From assembly GCA_038231275.1 (NCBI GenBank), contig JBBRLQ010000002.1, forward strand, positions 288,001 through 352,000: 64,000 nucleotides of DNA. Direction: 5' to 3'. Position 1 is the first letter of the stretch, and each line of letters begins with the position of its first letter. Of this stretch, positions 51,061 through 61,026 are shown one piece after another. The notes under the pieces are model-generated. The model saw only the letters and a program-made list of their open reading frames with translations, ran no database searches and was not told the DNA's origin. Source of the DNA: Polyangiales bacterium (GTDB taxonomy: Bacteria; Myxococcota_A; Polyangia; Polyangiales; Polyangiaceae). Position numbers and translations under genes: made by a program.

Positions 51061-51789
51061 ATGCCCGAGGGTCCCCACATCTCCATCGTCATCCCGATCT
51101 ACAACGAGCAGGGGATCCTCCACTCCGCCGTCGTCGATCTTCGCGAGCGCCTGAAGCCGTTCGGGTGGAGCTACGAGATCATCCTCGCGGAGAACGGCAG
51201 CAAGGATCGCACGATCGAGATCGGCGAGGAGCTCGCGGGCAAATACGGCGACCCGAACGACGGGCAGGTGAGGATCATCAGCATGGGCGAGCCGAACTAC
51301 GGCAAGGCGCTCAAGCAGGGCATCCTCCTGTCGCGCGGCGAGCTCGTCATCTGCGACGAGATCGATCTCTGCGACACGGATTTCCACCGCCGCGCGATCG
51401 AGATCCTCGAGACCGGCGAGGCCGATCTGGTGATCGGCAGCAAGCTCGCGACCGGCAGCGAGGACGATCGGCCGATGCTGCGCCACGTGGCCAGCCAGGC
51501 GTACAGCGGCATGCTGCGTCTTCTCCTCGGCTTCCGCGGCACCGACACGCATGGGTTGAAAGCGTTCCGGCGCGTCGCGCTGCTCGACGTCGTCCGCGCC
51601 TGCCTCGTCGACAAGGACGTGTTCGCGAGCGAGCTCGTCATCCGCGCCGATCGCGGCGGCGTGAAGACGCGGGAGATCCCGGTGCGCGTGATGGAGAAGC
51701 GGCCGCCTTCGATCAACCTCTTCAAGCGCGTGCCCAACGTACTGAAGAGCGTCGTGAAGCTGACCTACGCGATCCGCATCCGAGGGTAG
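51061..51789 (+). CDS. Glycosyltransferase family 2 (DPM/DPG synthase-like)
   Basis: VIPIYNE, NGSKDRT, NYGKAL, DEID, DTHGLKAF. Confidence 0.9.
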   Translation: MPEGPHISIVIPIYNEQGILHSAVVDLRERLKPFGWSYEIILAENGSKDRTIEIGEELAGKYGDPNDGQVRIISMGEPNYGKALKQGILLSRGELVICDEIDLCDTDFHRRAIEILETGEADLVIGSKLATGSEDDRPMLRHVASQAYSGMLRLLLGFRGTDTHGLKAFRRVALLDVVRACLVDKDVFASELVIRADRGGVKTREIPVRVMEKRPPSINLFKRVPNVLKSVVKLTYAIRIRG

Positions 51790-51794
51790 AACGG

Positions 51795-52142
51795 CTATGG
51801 GCCGTGGCGACCAGGCCCGATCGCGACGATGCTGAAGACGATGATCACGCCGAGGACGATCGCGCCCACGATGATCGCGATTTTGGCGCCCCGCGACAGC
51901 GCCAGATCGGTCGTGACGGAGCCGGCGGGAAGCCGCGACGTGACCACCGCCAGCGTCTGCCTGGTCACGAGCTCGACGCGCGGGTGAAGCACGTCGTCTC
52001 GGAGGATCGGCGCCGTCCATGCTGCGCCCGCTTCGCCGAGGTCGTCCGCGCGCGCGGCCGCGGGCGCGCCGGCGGAGATGACTCCCGCGAGGACCGCCGC
52101 CGCCAGCCGCGTTCGCGCGTTGCCCAAGCTCCCTCCGCTCAC
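51795..52142 (-). CDS. Small protein with signal peptide and C-terminal TM
   Basis: GTG overlaps the upstream TGA; hydrophobic IAIIVGAIVLGVIIVFSIV. Confidence 0.55.
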   Translation of the reverse strand: MSGGSLGNARTRLAAAVLAGVISAGAPAAARADDLGEAGAAWTAPILRDDVLHPRVELVTRQTLAVVTSRLPAGSVTTDLALSRGAKIAIIVGAIVLGVIIVFSIVAIGPGRHGP

Positions 52143-52765
52143 GGGATGAACGTAACGCACTTTCCGCTGAGCGCGCCGCCGGAGAGATCGCACTTCACCT
52201 GGACGTCCTGCTTTTGCCCCGTCTTGCCGTCCTGCGCGAGCGCCTGATCGCTCTGCGGGCACGCGCAAGCGGTGCAGCCCTTCTCCCAGGCTTGCTCGGC
52301 CTTGTCGAACGAGCTCACGGCGCTGTGGTTGATGCCGTTCGCGTCGTAGATGCCGCAGCACGCCGTCAGATGAAACGCGATCGAGCAGGCGTCCGTGACC
52401 GTGCACCCCGCGGGAAAGTCCGGGAAGGCGCCGCCGTCCGGGTTGCCGCACGTGAGACCGCCACCATCGCGACCTCCTCCACCGTCCCCGGAGCCACCTC
52501 CGTCGCCGGTTCCGCTGCTACCGCTGCTGCCGCTGCTCCCGCTGCTGCTGCTGCCGCCGTCGCCGGTTCCGCTGCTGCCGCTGCTGCCGCTACTACTGGT
52601 GCTACCGCTGCTGCCGCTACTACTTGTGCTACCGCTGCTACCGCTGCTGCCGCCGTCGTCGGCACTCCCCAGGAATTGGGACGAGGAGCCTCCACACGCG
52701 ACCACCATTGCGAGCACGCTGGTCACCGCCGCGAATCGCACGCCCTTACTCACCTTGGCCGCCAT
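52139..52765 (-). CDS. Lipoprotein with Ser/Gly linker and Cys-rich C-terminal domain
   Basis: VVAC lipobox; (SSG)n linker; about 10 Cys. Confidence 0.75.
   Translation of the reverse strand: MAAKVSKGVRFAAVTSVLAMVVACGGSSSQFLGSADDGGSSGSSGSTSSSGSSGSTSSSGSSGSSGTGDGGSSSSGSSGSSGSSGTGDGGGSGDGGGGRDGGGLTCGNPDGGAFPDFPAGCTVTDACSIAFHLTACCGIYDANGINHSAVSSFDKAEQAWEKGCTACACPQSDQALAQDGKTGQKQDVQVKCDLSGGALSGKCVTFIP
52500..52655 (-). repeat. Degenerate 9-bp repeats encoding (SSG)n
   Basis: ccgctgctg/ccgctgcta units. Confidence 0.8.
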
Positions 52766-52937
52766 GGGTCTACCTCCGACGCGGGCGGATAGTGCAAGCG
52801 CTTCGCCACGCGAGAATTCACGGCAAACGCGGGTTGCCGTGCGTGCAGACTGCATGTCACGCGCGTCGCCGGTACGAACGAATTGCGAGGCCTGGACGCC
52901 GCCGCGACCAGGGCGGTGGGTCGCGGAGCCCTGGTTG

Positions 52938-53951
52938 ATGTATGCCTGGCGAGTGGCGCGTTCGTGGAAGATGTGGGTGGGTTTCGCCATCAGCGGCGTC
53001 GCGCTAGTGCTCACGCTTCGGCACGTCGACTTCGGGCAGCTCCTCGCCGCGCTCGCGGAGGCGCGCCTCGTCTGGATCCTGCCGGCGTCGGTCTTTTGGG
53101 TGATCAGCTACTTCGCGCGCGCGCGCAGGTGGTCGATCTTCATGAGCGGCACGCCGTTCTGGATGACGGTGCACGCGCAGAACATCGGCTACCTCCTCAA
53201 CTGTACGCTCCCGTTCCGCCTCGGCGAGGTCGCGCGCGCGTACGTCATCGGCCAGAAGACCGACGTCTCCATGGCGCGCGCTCTCTCGTCGATCATCGTC
53301 GAGCGCCTCTTGGATCTCGCGACGGTCGTGTTGATGTTCGTCGTCTTCGCGCAGTACATCCCGATGCCCCCGGCCTTCTCCAAGGCGGCGATGGGCGGCG
53401 CCGCACTCGTCCTCGTGATGCTCGTCCTCGGCGGCCTGCTCGTCTGGAAGGCCGACGCCGCGGACAAGCACGTCTTGCGACCGCTCCTCGGACGCATCTC
53501 GCCGACGCTCGCCGCCAAGGTCCTCCCGAAGCTGCGCGAGATCACCGACGGCTTCCGCGTCGTCGGCTCGGCGCGGCGGATGGGCGTCGTCCTCTTCTTG
53601 ACGGTGCTCCTGTGGGGCTCGATGACCGTCTTCACGTACTTCGCGATGTGCTCGTTTTTGCCGGGCCACATGGAGCAAGCGGGGCTGATGCTCGTCACCA
53701 CGAACTTGGGTGGCGCGCTCCCGAGCGCGCCGGGCGGGCTCGGGATCGTGCAGGGCTTCGCGAAGACCGCCCTCGTGAGCCCGTTCCACGTGCCCGAGGA
53801 GCCGGCGGTCGCGTTCGTGTTCGTGTGGTCGCTGGGGCAGCAGCTCCTCTTGATCGTGATGGGCCTCGTGAGCCTGGCGCGCGTGGGGATGACGTTCGCG
53901 CAGGTGCGGCAGGGCAGTCCGACCCAAGCGCCGGCGCGGGATTCGTCCTAG
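52938..53951 (+). CDS. Lysylphosphatidylglycerol-synthase TM / flippase-like (UPF0104) membrane protein
   Basis: LPFRLGEVARA, IVERLLDL, LPSAPGGLG. Confidence 0.88.
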   Translation: MYAWRVARSWKMWVGFAISGVALVLTLRHVDFGQLLAALAEARLVWILPASVFWVISYFARARRWSIFMSGTPFWMTVHAQNIGYLLNCTLPFRLGEVARAYVIGQKTDVSMARALSSIIVERLLDLATVVLMFVVFAQYIPMPPAFSKAAMGGAALVLVMLVLGGLLVWKADAADKHVLRPLLGRISPTLAAKVLPKLREITDGFRVVGSARRMGVVLFLTVLLWGSMTVFTYFAMCSFLPGHMEQAGLMLVTTNLGGALPSAPGGLGIVQGFAKTALVSPFHVPEEPAVAFVFVWSLGQQLLLIVMGLVSLARVGMTFAQVRQGSPTQAPARDSS

Positions 53952-54050
53952 CTCTCGTCGGTACGCTCCGCGAGTCGCGCGGGGACGAGCGTAGAACGCA
54001 CGGCGGCCTTGACCGCACGTCGCATCTCAACGAAGTTTCCTCCCTTACAC

Positions 54051-55577
54051 GTGGAAAACCAAACCAAGGTCGCGATCATCGGTGCGGGCCCCGCCGGGCT
54101 GACGGCGGCGTATTTGCTTTCGAAGAAGGGCGTCGCCGTGACGGTGCTCGAGGCCGATCCGGAGTACGTCGGGGGCATCTCGCGCACCGCAAAGTACAAG
54201 GGCTTCCACTTCGACATCGGCGGCCACCGCTTCTTCTCGAAGTCGAAGGAGGTGGAGGATTTCTGGACCGAGATCCTCCCGGACGACATGCTCGAGCGCC
54301 CGCGCTCGTCGCGCATCTTCTATAACGGCCAGTTCTTCGGCTATCCGCTCAAAGGGACCGAGGCCCTCGTGAAGCTCGGCCCGATCGAAGCCGCGCTGTG
54401 CGTCGCCTCGTACGTGCGCGCGCGCGCCTTTCCCAACCCCGCGCCGCGCAACTTCGAGGAGTGGGTAACGAACGAGTTCGGCGAGCGCCTCTTCCGCATC
54501 TTCTTCAAGACGTACACGGAGAAGGTGTGGGGTATGCCGTGCCGCGAGATCAGCGCCGACTGGGCCGCGCAGCGCATCAAGGGGCTGTCGCTCAGCTCCG
54601 CGATCAAGAACGCGCTCATCCCCGACAAGCCGAAGAGCAAGAAGGACGTCATCAAGACGCTCATCGACTCCTTCCGCTATCCGCGCAAAGGGCCGGGTAT
54701 GTTGTGGGAGGAGTGCACGCGAAAAATCCGCGCGCTCGGCGGCCAGGTGCTCCTCGGCGAGCGCGTCGTTCACTGCGCCTACGACGCCGCGACGAAGAAA
54801 TGGACCGTCACGAGCGAGAAGGACGGCGCAACGACGACGGTGATCGCCGATCACGTCGTCTCGAGCGCGCCGCTCCGCGAGCTGGCGCAGTCGCTCGAAC
54901 CGAAGATGAGCGCGGCGTCGCTCGGCGCCGCAGGGTCGCTCAAGTACCGCGATTTTCTCACGGTGACGTTGATCCTCCCGGACAAGAACCTGTTCGACGA
55001 CAATTGGATCTACATCCACGACCCAACGGTGAAGGTCGGCCGCATCCAGAACTTCAAGTCGTGGTCGCCCGAGATGGTGCCGGACCCGACCAAGTGCTCC
55101 TACGGGCTCGAGTACTTCTGCTTCGAGGGGGACGGGCTGTGGTCGTCCCCCGACGAGGATCTCATCGCGCTCGCCAAGAAGGAGCTCGAGCAAATCGGGC
55201 TTGGCCGCGCCGCCGACGTGCTCGACGGGTGCGTCGTCCGCCAGCGAAAGGCGTACCCCGTCTATGACGACGACTACGCCAAGCACGTCGACCTGGTGCG
55301 CCGCGAGATGGAGGAGCGCTTCCCGTCGCTCCACCCCGTTGGCCGCAACGGGATGCACAAGTACAATAACCAAGACCACGCGATGATGACGGCGATGCTG
55401 ACCGTCCAGAACATCCTCGCGGACGCGCGCGTCTTCGACGTGTGGCAGGTGAACCAGGACGCCGAGTACCACGAGGCCGGCAAGGCAGGCGCGGAGTCGG
55501 GCGCGAGCGGGACGAGCGGCCTGCGTCAGGTGCCCGGGAAGGCGAACACCGGCGCCGTGTCGTCCACGGCCCGCTGA
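54051..55577 (+). CDS. FAD-dependent oxidoreductase (UDP-galactopyranose mutase / PPO-like)
   Basis: [46 protein letters not shown]. Confidence 0.85.
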   Translation: MENQTKVAIIGAGPAGLTAAYLLSKKGVAVTVLEADPEYVGGISRTAKYKGFHFDIGGHRFFSKSKEVEDFWTEILPDDMLERPRSSRIFYNGQFFGYPLKGTEALVKLGPIEAALCVASYVRARAFPNPAPRNFEEWVTNEFGERLFRIFFKTYTEKVWGMPCREISADWAAQRIKGLSLSSAIKNALIPDKPKSKKDVIKTLIDSFRYPRKGPGMLWEECTRKIRALGGQVLLGERVVHCAYDAATKKWTVTSEKDGATTTVIADHVVSSAPLRELAQSLEPKMSAASLGAAGSLKYRDFLTVTLILPDKNLFDDNWIYIHDPTVKVGRIQNFKSWSPEMVPDPTKCSYGLEYFCFEGDGLWSSPDEDLIALAKKELEQIGLGRAADVLDGCVVRQRKAYPVYDDDYAKHVDLVRREMEERFPSLHPVGRNGMHKYNNQDHAMMTAMLTVQNILADARVFDVWQVNQDAEYHEAGKAGAESGASGTSGLRQVPGKANTGAVSSTAR

Positions 55578-55592
55578 TATGATGGGCCAGAC

Positions 55593-55991
55593 TTGCATCA
55601 CTACTCCGGGCTCCCACCGCCGATGCCGCCCCAGCTGCCGGGGCCCGAAGAGGAGCGCGCCAAACGCGCAGCCCTCGCGGCGTCGCTGTCGCTCCTCGCG
55701 TTCGCGACGCTGACGACGCTGGCGCTGGTGGCGTGGTTCTCGCGCGCCGAGCAGCCGTGGAATTGGAAGGCCGTCGTCGCGTTGCTCAGCGCGATGCTCG
55801 GCCTCACCGCGAGCGCGCTCGTGTGGCGTGCTCCTTCGCGGACGCACGCGATCGCAGGGATCGTCGTGATGGCGCTTTCGCTCGTTCGTGTCGGTCCGCC
55901 GTGGGACTGGACGTGGGTGAGCTTCGCGCTTCTCTCCGTCACCGCCCTGATGCTCGTGCCGCTCGTGAATGCAGCACTCGTCCTGCGTTGA
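55593..55991 (+). CDS. Small four-TM membrane protein
   Basis: Four hydrophobic segments; start uncertain. Confidence 0.65.
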   Translation: MHHYSGLPPPMPPQLPGPEEERAKRAALAASLSLLAFATLTTLALVAWFSRAEQPWNWKAVVALLSAMLGLTASALVWRAPSRTHAIAGIVVMALSLVRVGPPWDWTWVSFALLSVTALMLVPLVNAALVLR

Positions 55992-56185
55992 CGCGCTAGC
56001 TGAAGACGGGAAAGCGACGGGGGAACATCGACGGCACTCTCACTTATGCACACTCTGTACCCACATGTGGGATACCTCTAGCCGCTGGATTTCATTCGAT
56101 TGTCCGCCTTACAAAGCGGCTCCATGACGATCCAGCGCGGCCGATTCCGATCCAGCATGCCGCAGCGCGTGGTAGACCGCGTCAC

Positions 56186-57940
56186 GTGAGCGCCCCTCCG
56201 TCCGGCGGCCCGGCTCCGTCGCTTCGGGCGCCGATCGTCCCCATGCGCGAGCACGCGGGGCCCGCGCCCGAGCAGTCGTTCGACGTGGCGATCATCGGCG
56301 GCGGCGTCAACGGCACCGGCGTGGCGCGCGATCTCTCACTGCGCGGGCTCAAGGTGATCCTCTTCGAACGCAACGATCTGGCGTTCGGCGCCAGCGGCAA
56401 CTCGAGCGGGATGATCCACGGCGGCGTGCGCTACCTGACGAGCAACCCAAAGGTGACCGAGCAGTCCTGTCGAGACTCCGGCTACATCCAGCAGATCGCG
56501 CCGCACCTCCTCTTCCGGATCCCGTTCCTGTTTCCGGTGAAGAGCGGCCTCAAGGGGCGGATTGCGATCGAGCTCATCGACGCGTTCTTCCGCGCCTACG
56601 ATCAGTTCCAGCCGCTGAAGCGCGGCGAGCCGCACACGCGCCTGTCGCCGAGCGAGCTCGCGGTGCTGGAGCCGGGCCTGACGGGATCCCTCGTCGGCGG
56701 GATCACGTTCGACGAGTGGGGCGTCGACGGCGCGCGGCTCTGCGTCCTCAACGCGGTCGACGCGAAAGAGCGCGGCGCCGTCGTGCACGTGCACACCGCC
56801 GTCGAGTCCGTCGAGCGCGCGCTGGACGACGAGGCGCCGTCAGGACAGAACGTCGGGAGCTACGTCGTGCGGGCGCGCGACCTCATGACCGATCGCGCTC
56901 TCCTCGCCCGCGCGCGCGTAGTCGTCAACGCGACGGGCGCGTGGGGGCCGATCACGGCGGCGCTCGGAAACCTCCCGTCGTCGCGCGTGCGCGTGCGCCC
57001 CGGCAAGGGCATCCACGTAGCCTTCGATCGACGCCTCTCCAACTACGGCATCGTGTGCGAGGCGATCGACGGGCGGCAGATTTTCGTCATGCCGTGGCAG
57101 AACATGACCGTCATCGGCACCACCGACGACGACTACTTCGGCGATCTGAACGAGGTCCTCGCCACGAGCGAGGAGGTTCGCTACCTCGTGCAAGGCGTGG
57201 CCCGCATTTTCCCGGCGATCCGCGAGGCGCGCGCGATCGGAACATGGGCGGGCGTGCGGCCGACGCTGTACGCGTTCGGGCCCAACGAGGACGCGCTCTC
57301 GCGCGAGCACATGATCGTCGATCACGCGAACGACGGCGCGCCGGGGATCTATTCGATGATCGGCGGCAAGCTCGCGAGCTACCGGCTGTTCGCGCAGGAG
57401 ATGAGCGATCGCATCGCGGTCGATCTGGCGCCGCAATCGCGGTGCTCGACCCACGAGAAGCCGCTGCCGGGCGGTGATCGCGTTCCCGATGCGTTCGCGC
57501 TCTCCGAGCAGGGGGAGATCACGCCGGTCGCGGCGCGGCGCCTCGTGTACAGGCACGGTTCGCGGAGCGCGCGCGTGCTGGCGCGCATCGCGAAGAGCCC
57601 GCGAGAGCGCGCTGTCGTGTGCGCGTGCGAGCCGGTGCTCGAGGCGGAGGTGCGGTGCGCCTTGACCTTCGAGATGGCGCGCAGCGTCGAGGACGTCGCG
57701 CGCCGAACGCGGCTGGGCCTCGGCGCGTGCGGCGGCATGCGGTGCGCAGCGCGCTGTGGGCAGATCGTCGCCGAGGAGCTCGGTCTGCCGCCGAGCCACG
57801 GCGCGAAGATGGCGCGCGCGTTCCTCGTCCGTCACGCCAAGACGCGCGTGGTCGCGATGGGCCCCGAGCAGGCGCGTCAAGAGGCGCTCGCCTTCGCCGC
57901 GATGCGCGCGACCCTCGGCCTGCGTGGGGACGATCCTTGA
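56186..57940 (+). CDS. glpA: Glycerol-3-phosphate dehydrogenase, GlpA-type with BFD-like [2Fe-2S] domain
   Basis: GGGVNG, SSGMIHGGVRYL, VNATGAW, GTTD, GVRP, GGKL; CACE...RTRLGLGACGGMRC. Confidence 0.85.
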   Translation: MSAPPSGGPAPSLRAPIVPMREHAGPAPEQSFDVAIIGGGVNGTGVARDLSLRGLKVILFERNDLAFGASGNSSGMIHGGVRYLTSNPKVTEQSCRDSGYIQQIAPHLLFRIPFLFPVKSGLKGRIAIELIDAFFRAYDQFQPLKRGEPHTRLSPSELAVLEPGLTGSLVGGITFDEWGVDGARLCVLNAVDAKERGAVVHVHTAVESVERALDDEAPSGQNVGSYVVRARDLMTDRALLARARVVVNATGAWGPITAALGNLPSSRVRVRPGKGIHVAFDRRLSNYGIVCEAIDGRQIFVMPWQNMTVIGTTDDDYFGDLNEVLATSEEVRYLVQGVARIFPAIREARAIGTWAGVRPTLYAFGPNEDALSREHMIVDHANDGAPGIYSMIGGKLASYRLFAQEMSDRIAVDLAPQSRCSTHEKPLPGGDRVPDAFALSEQGEITPVAARRLVYRHGSRSARVLARIAKSPRERAVVCACEPVLEAEVRCALTFEMARSVEDVARRTRLGLGACGGMRCAARCGQIVAEELGLPPSHGAKMARAFLVRHAKTRVVAMGPEQARQEALAFAAMRATLGLRGDDP

Positions 57941-59160
57941 GGCACGTCGTCGTCGTCGGCGCGGGCGTCGCCGGTACCGCAGCGGCGCTTGCGGCGGGCG
58001 CGGCCGGCGCGCGCGTCACCCTGCTCGACGGCGGCGCGGGGGCATCCGTGCTCGCGGGCGGCGCGATGGATCTCGCGCCGTGGGAGGACGCGGCGCACGG
58101 CGAAGGGGAGGAGCTGTTCGCGGAGCCTGCGGTCGCGCGGGTCTTGGCGGAGCTCGGCGACGTCGTCCGCGTCGGGGCCACGACCGCGGTCGTGGTGACG
58201 GCAGCGGGCATCGTGAGGCCGGCGCGCGCCGTCGATCGCGCGTTGCTGGATCTGGCGGGGCTCCCGGCCGGACTCGTACTCGTGCCGCGCGTTGATCATC
58301 CGGGATGGGACGCCGGAGCCGGCGCGCGCGCATGGAACGACACGCGGCTCGCGCGGGCGGGCGGCCTCGAGTTCATGGCGATCGACGCCACCCTCGTGCG
58401 CTTCGTGGACGAGCGGAGCCTCGGACACGCGGAGCTGGCCGCGCGCCACGACGCGCCGGAGCGCCTCGCGTGGCTTGGCGCGCGCGTGAAGGACGCCATC
58501 GGCCGCACCGCGCGCGCGCCGGTCGTCGGTGTCGTCGTCCCCCCCTGGCTAGGAGTGGAGCGGGCGCGCGCCGACGAGCTCTCGGCGGCGGTGGGGATCC
58601 CGTGCGGCGAGGCGCTCGTCGGTCTCGGCGGTCCGGCGGGCCTCCGCTTCGAGCACGCGCGCGATCGTGCGCTCGAAGCGCGCGCCATCACGGTGGTCGC
58701 GTCGCGCGCGGAGGAGCTTGCGCGCGATGGCGAAGGGTGGCGCGTGACGCTCGAGCGCGGCGACCGGATCGCGGCCGATCGGGTCGTGCTCGCGGCCGGC
58801 GGCCTCGTCGGCGGAGGCATCTCGTACACGCCGAGTGCGGCGGTGCTCGCCGGTGAGCTCCCGTCGCGCGCGCGCAAGTCGTTCACGTCGACCGTGGACG
58901 CGCCGGTCACGCTGGGCGTTGGCGGACGCGCGCTCGGCCTGCCCGGCTCCCTCTTCGGCGAGAGCCCCGAGACGCTCGCGTGGCCGTTTGCGGACGGCTC
59001 TCCTCTCCTCGAGCGCGTCGGCGTGCTCGCGTCGTCGTCGGGACACGTCGCGGGCGGCCTCTACGCGGCGGGAGACGTCGTCGCCGATCGCCCGCGCACC
59101 TGGCTCGACGCCCTGGCTCGCGGCGCGCGCGCCGGTGCCGCCGCCGCACGCGCGACGTGA
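57937..59160 (+). CDS. glpB: GlpB-like FAD-binding subunit
   Basis: TTG overlaps the glpA stop; VVGAGVAG, GASVLAGGA, VLAAGGLVGGGI, LYAAGD. Confidence 0.7.
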   Translation: MRHVVVVGAGVAGTAAALAAGAAGARVTLLDGGAGASVLAGGAMDLAPWEDAAHGEGEELFAEPAVARVLAELGDVVRVGATTAVVVTAAGIVRPARAVDRALLDLAGLPAGLVLVPRVDHPGWDAGAGARAWNDTRLARAGGLEFMAIDATLVRFVDERSLGHAELAARHDAPERLAWLGARVKDAIGRTARAPVVGVVVPPWLGVERARADELSAAVGIPCGEALVGLGGPAGLRFEHARDRALEARAITVVASRAEELARDGEGWRVTLERGDRIAADRVVLAAGGLVGGGISYTPSAAVLAGELPSRARKSFTSTVDAPVTLGVGGRALGLPGSLFGESPETLAWPFADGSPLLERVGVLASSSGHVAGGLYAAGDVVADRPRTWLDALARGARAGAAAARAT

Positions 59161-59175
59161 CGCCGCCGCCGCTGG

Positions 59176-60525
59176 CTATTTGACGACGGTGCCCGCCTTC
59201 ACGAGCTGCCCGCGTAGGAGCTGATACCCGATGCGCAGCGCGAAGTCGCTCGACGTCATCGGATCGAACGGAACGTTTCGCGCGGACGCGCCGTCGAGAT
59301 CGCTCACTCCTCCCTCCGGCGCGCCGGCGTCGAGCTTGAGCGCCGGCTTCCCGTCGCGCGGCAGCCCCTCCGCGGGGAGGTGCCCCTCGAGATCCCGCTC
59401 GCGCAGGACGACGCCTGCCCCGTCGGGCACGCGGCTCGACTCGATCGCGATGTCGGGATGCACGCCGTCGGCCTGGATCGCGTGTCCGCTCGGCGTGTAG
59501 TACCGCGCGGTCGTCAGCCGTAGCCCGGCGCCGCCCGGCAGCTCGAGGATCGACTGCACGCTCCCCTTCCCGAACGTGTTGGCCCCAACGATCGTCGCCC
59601 GCTTGTGATCCTGGAGCGCACCGGCGACGAGCTCCGAGGCGCTCGCGCTGTACTCGTTCACGAGGACCACCACCGGCATGTCGCTGAACGCGCCGCCCGG
59701 ACGCGCGCGCGCCTCGTCGATCACCTGACCGCGATGGCGCATCGTGTAGATCGTCCCGCCGTTCAAGAACTCGTCGGCGGTCTCCGCCGCTTCGTCGACC
59801 AGGCCGCCTGGATCGCTCCGCAGATCGAGCACCACACCGGTCAGGGTCCCCTTCGACTCCGCGCGCATCTTCCCCGCGGCGGCGACGACCTCGTCGTGCG
59901 TGTGCTCCTGGAACTGCTTGATCCGCACGTACGCGACGCGCCCTTCGAGGAGCTTCGACGCGACGCTGGGAACATGGACGATCTCGCGGACGAGATCGAA
60001 GACGATCGCCTCTTTGTGCCCTTCGCGTCGCACCGCGAGCTTCACGTGCGTGCCTGGCGTGCCGCGCATCTTGCGCACGACGCGATCGAGCTTCTCCCCG
60101 ACCGCGTTCTCGTTGTCGATCGCGAGGATCTTGTCGCCGCTCTTGATGCCCGCCCGCGCCGCCGGCGAGCCTTCGATCGGTGCGATGACGGTGAGGAGCT
60201 CACCGCGCGCGTCGACCTCGATGCCGACGCCGCCGAACTTTCCCTCGGTCTCGCTCTGGAACAACTTCCACTCTTGCGGCGGGAGGTAGCTCGAATGCGG
60301 ATCGAGCTCCGCGACCATCCCGACGATGGCGCCGTTGACGAGGCGCGCGCGGTCGACCGGCTCGACGTAGTTGTTCTCGACCTGCACGAGGACCCGCCCG
60401 AGCTGCCCGATCGCCGCATAGGGACTCTCGTCCGAGGGGGTCGCGCGCGCGGGACCTCGGCCGAGAATGGTCGCGGACATGCCGCCGAGGAAGGCCACGA
60501 GGGTGAAAAAGAGGGTGCGCTTCAC
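59176..60525 (-). CDS. ctpA: S41 carboxyl-terminal processing protease (PDZ)
   Basis: LDPHSSY, FGGVGI, DLRSDPGG, SASASE, TFGKGSVQ, YYTPSG. Confidence 0.95.
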   Translation of the reverse strand: MKRTLFFTLVAFLGGMSATILGRGPARATPSDESPYAAIGQLGRVLVQVENNYVEPVDRARLVNGAIVGMVAELDPHSSYLPPQEWKLFQSETEGKFGGVGIEVDARGELLTVIAPIEGSPAARAGIKSGDKILAIDNENAVGEKLDRVVRKMRGTPGTHVKLAVRREGHKEAIVFDLVREIVHVPSVASKLLEGRVAYVRIKQFQEHTHDEVVAAAGKMRAESKGTLTGVVLDLRSDPGGLVDEAAETADEFLNGGTIYTMRHRGQVIDEARARPGGAFSDMPVVVLVNEYSASASELVAGALQDHKRATIVGANTFGKGSVQSILELPGGAGLRLTTARYYTPSGHAIQADGVHPDIAIESSRVPDGAGVVLRERDLEGHLPAEGLPRDGKPALKLDAGAPEGGVSDLDGASARNVPFDPMTSSDFALRIGYQLLRGQLVKAGTVVK

Positions 60526-60759
60526 ACGCGGAAGGCTACCAGGCCCCGCGCGTAAACGGCCGAATCGAGCCAAAATCGCGCTCCTTCATGCGAATCGGCA
60601 GGTGCCTTTGGGACAGGGCCGGCGCTTACCTCTGACTTTGTGGCGCTTTGTCGTAGCAACGCGCCGATTACCCCTGGTAGTCTCGCTGCATGTGGCACTC
60701 GGCGGTGACCGGCTCGCGGCACTCCGAGGGTGGTGAGGATCGCGAGAAGGAGGTCCCCT

Positions 60760-60996
60760 GTGGCTGACAAGGAGTCGATGTCGAACTTGCGCGCTGAAGG
60801 GTCCAAGACGGACAAGCGCAAGCAAAGTCTCTACTTCCCGGAGTCGATGCTCCAGGAGATCAAGGAGGAGGCCGCGCGCCTCGATCGCTCCTTGTCCTGG
60901 GTCGTGCAGCGGGCCTGGAAGATCTCCCGCATGGAGATCAAGAAGCTTCCGAGCGTCAACGAGGTCGAGGGAGCGGACGACGACGACGAGGGCTGA
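60760..60996 (+). CDS. TIGR04563-like (MXAN_4361/4362 family) ribbon-helix-helix small protein
   Basis: DKRKQSLYFPESMLQEIKEEAARLDRSLSWVVQRAWK; AGGAGG RBS before GTG 60760 (alternative ATG 60778). Confidence 0.85.
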   Translation: MADKESMSNLRAEGSKTDKRKQSLYFPESMLQEIKEEAARLDRSLSWVVQRAWKISRMEIKKLPSVNEVEGADDDDEG

Positions 60997-61026
60997 GCTC
61001 TCGCGTGCGCAGTACTCGCATCCGTA

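Noticed and set aside
50365-52020. 551-aa SSB fusion
   Set aside because: The N-terminal part is antisense to the GT2 gene; ssb has its own GGAGG RBS and ATG at 50895
56000-56185. Replication origin
   Set aside because: Only one good DnaA-box match, no extended AT-rich unwinding element and no dnaA/dnaN context
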